This document shows, one piece after another, positions 56,297-64,000 of a stretch of DNA of 64,000 nt (its first letter is position 1; every line of letters begins with the position of its first letter). The notes under the pieces were generated by a model. That model searched no databases and was not told where the DNA came from. It worked only from the letters and a program-made list of their open reading frames with translations. This stretch comes from an uncultured virus (IMG/VR IMGVR_UViG_3300028844_005252) (lineage: Duplodnaviria > Heunggongvirae > Uroviricota > Caudoviricetes). Position numbers and translations under genes: made by a program. The stretch lies in the IMG/VR virus record IMGVR_UViG_3300028844_005252; one strand, given 5' to 3'.

Positions 56297-56423
56297 AAAG
56301 AAAACTAACAGCGTACGCAGTTGCGTACAGTCGGGTAAATGTAAATCACCTAAAGCGTGTATGGAAAAAAAGAAATGCGCACTTGAGGGTAAGCCTGGTA
56401 AACGAGGACAGTACGGATACTAA
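56283..56423 (+). CDS. Small basic Cys-rich protein (not in ORF track)
   Basis: C-x4-KCKSPKAC...KC, 46 aa. Confidence 0.45.
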   Translation: MKKNKKKTNSVRSCVQSGKCKSPKACMEKKKCALEGKPGKRGQYGY

Positions 56424-56467
56424 TACAACCGGTTTTCAGACCCGTATAACATTAGTATTGTACGGGA

Positions 56468-57517
56468 ATGGATAACGATACCGAGGTGGTTGATTCCCCT
56501 CAACAAACGGAATTAAATCTTGCGGATGTGTCTACTGACGACCTTCGACAAGCAATATCAACGCAGCAGCCTTATGAGGCTACAGAACAGACTGAGCAAG
56601 CTGAACCTGAGGGGCAACCCCAAGAAGAGGCAACCGTTCAAGAAGAACCTGTAGCGGAAGAATCCGAAGCGACCGAAGAAACTGTAGTTTCCGAGGAAAC
56701 TGAAGAGGATAGGCTGGCCAAAAGAAGGATTAGACCTAAAAGCGAATTAGACCAACAAGTCATAGATCTTTATAGATCAGAAGGATTTAGCGGTACATTT
56801 GCAGATGCGTCTAGAATTATTTACGGCCAAACCGTTGTCCCGAATCAACCAAACCCGCAACCCGCTCAACAAACTGAGCAACCAATTTCAAATTCGTTTA
56901 CTGGGTTGGCGGAGACACTTAATGCTGAAATAGCTGAACTTGAGGCGGAAGTTACTCAAGCTGCTGACGATTTAGACACGGTCAAAGCTTTGCAACTGCA
57001 AAGAGAGATCATGAAAAAAGAGTTAGAAGTTAGAGATTTAAACTTCAGAAAAGAACGCCAAGAGGAGAAAGCTCAGGAGGCACACAGTTCAAATCAGCGT
57101 AGTAAAGCTCAAGAGAGTAGGGATCGTGCATTTGAATCTTACCCCGATCTGTCAGACAAAAATACTGTCTACAGAAAAGAGTTCGATGATTTTGTAGCCC
57201 AAGCTCAAAGCGATGCAGACTACGAAGCGGTTTTTCAGTCACCAAGGTGGCCGGAAATGTTGGCACACGACTTTGCTGCTAGAAAAGGCTACCAAGCCCC
57301 AATGCAGCAAAATACCACAAATCCAGCTCCCGAAATACCAAGGCAAGTAGCCCCTCAAATGGGTAATCAAGCTAAAGTATTGACGACTGGCCAAACTGCG
57401 CAACCCGCAAACACTCAATTAACACCGGAGTATGTTTCTAACAACATCGGTCAAATGTCCAACGAACAGCTTTATCAGCTTCTAGGACACGATGACAATA
57501 GAAAGTTCCTCCGTTAA
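56468..57517 (+). CDS. Capsid scaffolding protein
   Basis: Acidic coiled coil directly upstream of the capsid gene. Confidence 0.75.
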   Translation: MDNDTEVVDSPQQTELNLADVSTDDLRQAISTQQPYEATEQTEQAEPEGQPQEEATVQEEPVAEESEATEETVVSEETEEDRLAKRRIRPKSELDQQVIDLYRSEGFSGTFADASRIIYGQTVVPNQPNPQPAQQTEQPISNSFTGLAETLNAEIAELEAEVTQAADDLDTVKALQLQREIMKKELEVRDLNFRKERQEEKAQEAHSSNQRSKAQESRDRAFESYPDLSDKNTVYRKEFDDFVAQAQSDADYEAVFQSPRWPEMLAHDFAARKGYQAPMQQNTTNPAPEIPRQVAPQMGNQAKVLTTGQTAQPANTQLTPEYVSNNIGQMSNEQLYQLLGHDDNRKFLR

Positions 57518-57538
57518 CCTATTAAATAATTATTAAAA

Positions 57539-58981
57539 ATGGCTTCTAAATCATTCCCAACAAGTACTACTGGATTCGGCACCGCAGGTGTCGACCTCAC
57601 TACTACTTTAACTTCACATGCTAATACAATTGGAGCAGCTGATTCCGATTTGCGTACAAGACTTTGGTCTGAGCTCGTAACTCGTGATGCTCGTGAGAAA
57701 AATGTATTCTCTAAATTCATCGGATCCGAAGGATCTGGATCTCCCGTCGTTGAAAAACGCGACCTTTCCGCTGGTGGTTCTGACAAAGTGACTTTCACTA
57801 CTGTTGCACCAATCAGAGGACAAGGTGTTCGTGGGGAAGAAATCCTTAAGAACTCAACCGGAAAGCTCAAATTTGGAACTTTCAATGTTGAAGTCGATCT
57901 TATCCGTCACGCTGTAGCTTGGACACAAGTTATCAAACTTATGCGTTTTACTGGTAAAACTATTGACCAGCTTTCCGCAGAAGTTATGTCCGAATGGGCA
58001 GGCCGCACTGAGCAGGATCATATCCAAATGTGTCTTCGTGACACTTGCTTAAACGCAAACACTTCTAACCTTATTTCGGGTTACGGAGCAGGAGCCGATC
58101 TTCTATACACTGAAGGTTTAAGCACTGATATTATTCAGGAAGCTAAACAAGCATTGATCGCCCAAGGTGGTGAGCCAATGAATGTTGGTGGTGATGACAA
58201 AACGGAAATCCCCGGTTATTTGTTCTTCGCACCTGACGCTTGCTTACGCCCTCTTCGTTCAGATCCTGATTACCTCGAAGCCATTCTTTCTGCTGACGAG
58301 CGTAGCAGTTCTAACAAGTTGTACAGTGGTAATTACGCAATGTGGGACGGCAATGTAATTGCTAACCATAATGTGTTGATTGACACAGCCGACGGACGCC
58401 AAGGTTCTCCTTTGCTTCCAACAGCTTTGACAACCTCGCAGTTTTCTCCAACTAACGGTGGAGATTTGACTCTCGGTGGTGATACATTCGCTAACTTCCT
58501 CGGTTTTGATGCTAGAATTCCTGGCGCAGGCGGATTAAATTACACTGTATCCTCACCTGGGTACTTCCTTATCGTAGCACCTGATGGATCTTACTCATGC
58601 TTCGGTTATGGATCTAACGACGGAGCTTCTCTTAAGACTCTCGCTTATACTGATATAAGCGTTGGTCAAGGCGGAAGTCAGGTTGCCGACGGAACAGCGT
58701 TCGCCGCTGGTTCAATGATCTATCAGTGTAATGCTGCTGGAACTCCAATCGGATATGCATTAGCGATGGGTAAAAGTGCACTATACTACGCAAAAGGTAG
58801 TGTATTTAACGAACAGATTTTCCATTATGACGATTACTCCAATTCAGGAAACGAGGCACACCTCAATTCTGTTGGTATTCAATCCGTTTATGGAATGGCA
58901 GCTTACTTGGACACTAACGGAAGAATCCCAGGTGTTCAGCTTGTTGAAGCAGTTCGTCAGATCCCAGGATTTAAGTATTAA
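57539..58981 (+). CDS. Major capsid protein (N4 gp56/DUF4043-like)
   Basis: RLWS...FSKFIG...KRDLSAGGSDKVTF...GQGVRGEE...VDLIRHAV; strongly biased codons; followed by a terminator. Confidence 0.85.
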   Translation: MASKSFPTSTTGFGTAGVDLTTTLTSHANTIGAADSDLRTRLWSELVTRDAREKNVFSKFIGSEGSGSPVVEKRDLSAGGSDKVTFTTVAPIRGQGVRGEEILKNSTGKLKFGTFNVEVDLIRHAVAWTQVIKLMRFTGKTIDQLSAEVMSEWAGRTEQDHIQMCLRDTCLNANTSNLISGYGAGADLLYTEGLSTDIIQEAKQALIAQGGEPMNVGGDDKTEIPGYLFFAPDACLRPLRSDPDYLEAILSADERSSSNKLYSGNYAMWDGNVIANHNVLIDTADGRQGSPLLPTALTTSQFSPTNGGDLTLGGDTFANFLGFDARIPGAGGLNYTVSSPGYFLIVAPDGSYSCFGYGSNDGASLKTLAYTDISVGQGGSQVADGTAFAAGSMIYQCNAAGTPIGYALAMGKSALYYAKGSVFNEQIFHYDDYSNSGNEAHLNSVGIQSVYGMAAYLDTNGRIPGVQLVEAVRQIPGFKY

Positions 58982-59019
58982 TCTTTTGAGAATATCCACC
59001 ATATTCCAATCCTAACAAC

Positions 59020-59055
59020 AGCCTCTCCTCTGCGTAGCGGGGGAGAGGTTTTTTT
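59020..59055 (+). terminator. Rho-independent terminator after the capsid gene
   Basis: CCTCTCCTCTGC-GTA-GCGGGGGAGAGG plus T7. Confidence 0.85.
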
Positions 59056-59065
59056 ACATACAATC

Positions 59066-59404
59066 ATGAAAATAATAATTATCGGAAAAAGAGATCAAAT
59101 GGGAACAACCCCCGTTATCAGAGTAAAAGGTATGAGTCGTTTACAGTATGTCTTTGAATGGGACAAAGAATGTAGACACTATGCTTATGAACCTAAAGAT
59201 CAGCGTGAGGCTGACGATATATTCAGAACGCAGGGCAGGCTGTACAAGCGTATGTTCTTTTCAGTTCTTATGGACGAGAAAAAAGAGTCAGAAACCGACC
59301 ATCACTTTGTAAAAGAAAAACCAGCTTCTAAAAAGAAAAGTAAACCTAAGGTTGAAAAAACGGATCGTGCTCCCGAATTACAAGCGGTGGTTGAAAAAGA
59401 TTAA
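59066..59404 (+). CDS. Hypothetical protein
   Basis: Post-capsid ORF. Confidence 0.6.
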   Translation: MKIIIIGKRDQMGTTPVIRVKGMSRLQYVFEWDKECRHYAYEPKDQREADDIFRTQGRLYKRMFFSVLMDEKKESETDHHFVKEKPASKKKSKPKVEKTDRAPELQAVVEKD

Positions 59405-59425
59405 AAAGGTTAGGGTAGCTTAACC

Positions 59426-61873
59426 ATGGCTAAACTACCAAAAGGGAAGATCTATCAAACCGATTACACAGACTTAAGTACGCGGGTTGACAGTCAAACG
59501 ATAATAGACTCACCTCTTTGGGTCTTAGATAACTCGGCTCCTTCTGAAATAGGTAACTATTTAGACGCTTATAATCAAGCATTCTACTGGGAGGGCTCAA
59601 CTTCTGGCTATGTGGTCGACCCAAGAATGGTGTATTCTAACCCTTTTACTTCGGTTAGTAGACCTAATTTTAGCAGACCCGAAGATGTGCTAAGCATATA
59701 TAGGGCAACATTCGGTGCCCGTAATGTAAATGGTGCTTGGCATTTTGATCTTTATATAAAAGACTCATCAATTTCGGGTGATTATATTCACATACTGTTT
59801 GCCTTAAAAAGTGCGCAAACAGTGTTCGATACATCTACTTGGGATACATTCAATACTACAGGGTTTAACGTCACCGATGCTGGTTCGCCTGTTAATATGG
59901 GTGTAGAAGTATTTGATTCAGCCTTGCACCCAGCTGCATGGGGAAATAACTGGGTAGTTAATTCTGATGGTACAGACATAAGATATTTCGCAAATGAGGT
60001 TATAAGTAGTGGGGCTGCACCTATGACCACTGCTACTTTTGAGTTCCCATTTAATCTAGGATTAAGCACCACAACGGGTGAAATATTCCAAGGCTCGCTA
60101 TCTTCATATGCAGTAATTGATTCCCCGTTTCTATACTTACCGCATATGCCTGGTACGCCATTTGGCAGTTATCATAGCTTTGGGAGTGGTGTTATAAATG
60201 CAACCAGTAACCATCCCGAATGGTGGCCATATGTTTGGCCAGCCTCTGGGGTTACAACTCCAGTCACAGAGCATTTTAGTAAGCATTCCAGCTTATCTTA
60301 TAGTACATATGTCGGTCAGTACAATATCGCTGCTAAACGCCAATGGTATAACCCTACAAGCGCCCTACCTTGGTTAAACAATATTAATGATACCTTTGAC
60401 CCCCGTATAGTAAAATCAGATTGGCATGGTAGAAAAGTAGAGAAGCATTGGACATTTGCATTATGGACTAATACCGTAAATCAGAGCTATGTACCATGGA
60501 ACCCATACAATAAAATTCCATACTTTAATATAAATGCGTTCATGTATATGGACTCGCAAATTGGGTTTAGGTTAAAAGAGGGACAAACCGTTTTTGATAC
60601 ATCTACATGGGAACCCGCTGTTACATCGACTTCGAGTGGTCCATATGGTCAAAATGGTTCTTTTGTTGCAAACTGGGATGCGGGTGCCCCGATACAAATT
60701 AGAGCTGTAGCGCATAATGTGGCTCTACATCCTGCGGATTTAAAAAATAATTGGTTAGTTAATAGTGACGGTACGGAACTTCAATTTTTCTACGAAAGTG
60801 GGGTAGCAGACACAGGTCTTGCCCCCATGGTAGCTGGACTTGATGAATTTACAGATCCTTGGAATCCACCCCCACCAGGTGCGGGCGAAGCACCAACTTC
60901 AATCGAAGTCGTATCGAATTCAATAGACTCGGTAACTGGGTTAAAATTAACAGGCCAACCAGGTGCCCAAGAAGCCCCTACTGATTTTAGAATAGTCTTT
61001 CCACCCGAAGAGCCTGCGGTCATAGACAGTATAATAATTAGCCCAAAAGAAGAATCAAAAGTATCTAATTTAAATACCTTCTTATCACCAAAATACTCAG
61101 GTGCCCCGACTAACATAACAGCCGAAGCTTTAATTATGTTTGACGACATACTTGATCAAATAGCAAGTATGCTCGGAGCTGACCAATGGGAAGATTTACC
61201 AAAAATAGATCGGGATAGGGTTAAAATTGTCGCTAATCAAGCGTACAGAGAATGTTATGCTCCAATCGACGGTCACAGGCCAAGATGGGCTTCACGCAAG
61301 ATGTCCGTTTCTTTCAATGAAGATCAACAATCCGTAAATCTGCCAAAAGATGTTATCGACATAGAAAAAGTACCAGTTCTCGCTGGTCATGGGCCGCTGT
61401 CTCCTATGAACGCTAGGACTGATGAAATAGCCGCTAGAAGCCATTACTCGGGAGATTTTAGACCTATAGGCGGATTTCAAGGGGCTTTCCCTTCCATCGA
61501 TATGGATAAACCCGAGAAAGACAGACCAATCTGGTATTATATAGATCAAACCGATGAAGGGTTTGATAACTATATAGTAGTCCCAAGACTTGTTTTGTAC
61601 CCGATACCCAACAAGGAATACACCGTAGATTTAGTGGCAAATGTTATGCCCGTTTTATTAAACGAAGGAGACAGCCCAAGGTTACCCGGTGATGCGATTT
61701 GGGATATAATGCTACCTATTGCTCAATATAAACTATTAACAGATCCCCGATATAATGGAGATAACCGAGAGGTCATTGTTCAATCCGCAAGAGAAGCCAG
61801 AAGAAAACTAAAACATTTCTCATCACCACAAAAACAAAGAACTATTAGAATAGTCAGAAGAAAGGGTTGGTAA
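59426..61873 (+). CDS. Head-tail adaptor-like C-terminal domain fused to a duplicated N-terminal domain
   Basis: Internal repeat IDSP...QTVFDTSTW...ALHPA...NNW.VNSDGT...APM; APTxI/F linkers; C-terminus ANQAYRE...PIWYY...LYPIPNKEY. Confidence 0.6.
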   Translation: MAKLPKGKIYQTDYTDLSTRVDSQTIIDSPLWVLDNSAPSEIGNYLDAYNQAFYWEGSTSGYVVDPRMVYSNPFTSVSRPNFSRPEDVLSIYRATFGARNVNGAWHFDLYIKDSSISGDYIHILFALKSAQTVFDTSTWDTFNTTGFNVTDAGSPVNMGVEVFDSALHPAAWGNNWVVNSDGTDIRYFANEVISSGAAPMTTATFEFPFNLGLSTTTGEIFQGSLSSYAVIDSPFLYLPHMPGTPFGSYHSFGSGVINATSNHPEWWPYVWPASGVTTPVTEHFSKHSSLSYSTYVGQYNIAAKRQWYNPTSALPWLNNINDTFDPRIVKSDWHGRKVEKHWTFALWTNTVNQSYVPWNPYNKIPYFNINAFMYMDSQIGFRLKEGQTVFDTSTWEPAVTSTSSGPYGQNGSFVANWDAGAPIQIRAVAHNVALHPADLKNNWLVNSDGTELQFFYESGVADTGLAPMVAGLDEFTDPWNPPPPGAGEAPTSIEVVSNSIDSVTGLKLTGQPGAQEAPTDFRIVFPPEEPAVIDSIIISPKEESKVSNLNTFLSPKYSGAPTNITAEALIMFDDILDQIASMLGADQWEDLPKIDRDRVKIVANQAYRECYAPIDGHRPRWASRKMSVSFNEDQQSVNLPKDVIDIEKVPVLAGHGPLSPMNARTDEIAARSHYSGDFRPIGGFQGAFPSIDMDKPEKDRPIWYYIDQTDEGFDNYIVVPRLVLYPIPNKEYTVDLVANVMPVLLNEGDSPRLPGDAIWDIMLPIAQYKLLTDPRYNGDNREVIVQSAREARRKLKHFSSPQKQRTIRIVRRKGW

Positions 61874-61874
61874 A

Positions 61875-63692
61875 ATGCCTAACGATTTAAGAATCCGACA
61901 AATCGGTAGGGCTAAGATTGAAAAAGACTCAGCCGCCGGTTTTCAAAAGCTGACCCGTAAATATGCGGTCGAAGGTCCAAAGGCCAGCAAAGTAGGGCTC
62001 GACGGTAGTCAAGATGGGGTAGCTCTGTTTAGAGAGTACGGAGAACCAGATGAAGAGTTCTCAGATCACTATTTAATAAATCAATCTGTAACTCCAGGGG
62101 CTACTGTAGATAAAGCAACACTTACTAGAGAGTATGCTCAAATAAGAGACACTTGGTACGGTTTGCAAACAAGCGAAAGCGGTCAGCTTAAGAAAATGAC
62201 TCGTAAATTTGTGGTTATTAAAAACAGTAACCATATACTTTCACAGTTGGGCACTCCTAATTTAGGATATGATACCGAAGCCTGGAGCTTACACCCAAAG
62301 ACCGGCCAAAATTCACCCGATGAAGCAGATAACTGGGACATGCTTCCAACCATAGTTAAAGAAACTGAACCGGTTAATGTGTCCTATGCCGACGGTGATG
62401 CGTCTGGAACTATACCTCCAGTAACACAACTATCATCGGAGAATGGGAACACAAAAGTTCTATTCCCTAGAGTTGTTAAAGTTCTTAGTAATGCAAATGG
62501 AAATGTTGAACTTGAAGTTGTTGGCTCATCCCCATGGAAATTGGGAGAACAGGTATTTTCGAACACTGAAGGTAAAGCCGAAGTAGACACCAAGCAGATA
62601 TTTAATGTTGATGAAGAATTTGTCGTTCTTGCAGATCCAAGATCAACTCCTTTTGCAATAGATGACCCATCAACCTACGATCCATCGGATCCATATACAA
62701 CCAGCATTGGTACGCTGGACATAGGCTCGACGGTCACGCTTGCGGATACAAATATAAAACCGGTCAAAGCAAATGTCCCATCCGTTTACTCTCAAACCGA
62801 TGATGCCGATGTTTTATACTCGTTGCAAAATGCTACAAGAACTACCAATTTTGTTGAAGATTTAGCGGTACTCGAGAATAGAATCCCCACCGAGGAAGAA
62901 GCCACAAACACGACAGTTGGTAACTTAATATGGGTAAGAGGAGCGTGTTCAGTAGACACAAGCAACCCAGGTATAGATATGTGGACTGTTTCTTATGTGG
63001 CTCCGGTTGCATCTTATTGGTCAATTGGTTCTGCAAGGGAAAAAGATATAAACCAACCCGTTATTGTGGCTTTTGATCATTTAGGTCTGAAAACATTTAA
63101 AACAACTTCCAAAAGGGTAGGTGGTTCTGCGGTATTTACTTATTTTACAGTTCAGGAACAGGTGCCAATTCAGAGCTCTTCTTACACAAAGAACTCCGGA
63201 TCAGTGTCAATGGATGTAAAAATCATCGGTACTGATGGGAGTAAAGCTACGGCTACATTTAGACAGTCTTTTAAAAATGCCGCTATGTATAAAACCGTAA
63301 GCGGTGGAGGAGGTTCGGGTGGTTCTACTGGAGTCCGTATGATGTGGCCTACGAAATATAAAATTATAGATCTTCAATTCGGGGCTTCTGTAGATTACCA
63401 ACAAGTAGCCTGTTACGGAAGTGGGTGTGCCGGTAAAGATTGGTTAACCGAGCCCCATTCCGATATGACCGACCGATCCTGGAAGTTTCATTGGCAAGCT
63501 GATGATACTTTAGAGTTAATGAATCATCCATGTTTTCAAGGTGAGCCTATTCAGTTAGCCGCGGGACATATTACTTGGGATTCTACAATTTGGAACACCC
63601 GTATTACAGCAACTCCTTCAAACTTTAAAGTTACACCTATATTTTTCCATAATAAATTAAAAATCTGGAAAGTCGAAGTAACCTACTTTTAA
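61875..63692 (+). CDS. Putative tail/virion protein
   Basis: Beta-rich, late operon. Confidence 0.55.
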   Translation: MPNDLRIRQIGRAKIEKDSAAGFQKLTRKYAVEGPKASKVGLDGSQDGVALFREYGEPDEEFSDHYLINQSVTPGATVDKATLTREYAQIRDTWYGLQTSESGQLKKMTRKFVVIKNSNHILSQLGTPNLGYDTEAWSLHPKTGQNSPDEADNWDMLPTIVKETEPVNVSYADGDASGTIPPVTQLSSENGNTKVLFPRVVKVLSNANGNVELEVVGSSPWKLGEQVFSNTEGKAEVDTKQIFNVDEEFVVLADPRSTPFAIDDPSTYDPSDPYTTSIGTLDIGSTVTLADTNIKPVKANVPSVYSQTDDADVLYSLQNATRTTNFVEDLAVLENRIPTEEEATNTTVGNLIWVRGACSVDTSNPGIDMWTVSYVAPVASYWSIGSAREKDINQPVIVAFDHLGLKTFKTTSKRVGGSAVFTYFTVQEQVPIQSSSYTKNSGSVSMDVKIIGTDGSKATATFRQSFKNAAMYKTVSGGGGSGGSTGVRMMWPTKYKIIDLQFGASVDYQQVACYGSGCAGKDWLTEPHSDMTDRSWKFHWQADDTLELMNHPCFQGEPIQLAAGHITWDSTIWNTRITATPSNFKVTPIFFHNKLKIWKVEVTYF

Positions 63693-64000
63693 TGACAAAC
63701 GAAGATTTACAACAGGCTCTCAGGGAACTTGAAGAGCGTATTGACGGTATGGAGATCGATCTGACTCCACCCGAAGACGCTATGAGTAATTTTACCGTCT
63801 TTGAAAATGAAACGGGTGATCGTCAGATGATTGTCCACTTTATTGATGTAGAGGATTATTCCGTTGAGCTTCCTACAAACAGAGAAGAAGCAAGAACCGT
63901 TTTTCTTACGGTTATAAAAGAGCATCAGGATCACCAAAATAGAACGATTTCACATGGCGATTTAATGGTTCTTAATTGCCAGCCTTGTAATTACTATTGT
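63692..64000 (+). CDS. Virion protein, 3'-truncated by the window
   Basis: TAATG-coupled start MTNEDLQQALRELEERID; frame open to the end. Confidence 0.55.
   Translation, partial: MTNEDLQQALRELEERIDGMEIDLTPPEDAMSNFTVFENETGDRQMIVHFIDVEDYSVELPTNREEARTVFLTVIKEHQDHQNRTISHGDLMVLNCQPCNYYC

Noticed and set aside
1..64000. Alternative genetic code
   Set aside because: Long genes are intact in code 11 and all three stop codons end coupled genes.

Overview
The window is most of the genome of a temperate tailed dsDNA phage in its excised form, about 40% GC by eye and circularly permuted so that tail genes lie at both ends. A marine PVC-group host such as Verrucomicrobia is a tentative inference. Layout: tail/decoration genes (1-6.2 kb, +); a tyrosine integrase beside an attP carrying the 5' half of a tRNA-Tyr (6.2-7.6 kb); a leftward replication operon (primase-helicase, dNMP kinase, PolA with L762, SSB-like, split PD-(D/E)XK nuclease, SF2 helicase, NrdR-like Zn ribbon, free sigma70 region 4, RuvC-like; 8-19 kb); divergent RHH regulators and an AT-rich origin candidate (18.9-19.9 kb); an A/C-rich early region (20.2-30.5 kb) with two HhH glycosylase-like genes, DUF932, Gp88-like and rIIB/rIIA-like genes; then TerS, small basic proteins, TerL, a 4022-aa polyvalent virion protein, portal, tail fibre, membrane proteins, scaffold, capsid and adaptor/tail genes (30.6-64 kb, +). 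The most unusual signals are non-coding and in the early region: a ~360-nt highly structured RNA with tmRNA-like landmarks, three covarying H-type pseudoknots and two further families of dispersed motifs. Also notable are an exonuclease gene split by an in-frame 150-nt insert, and FN3 domains lacking strand A alongside arrays of free A-strand-like peptides. All family assignments are by eye from motifs; no searches were run.
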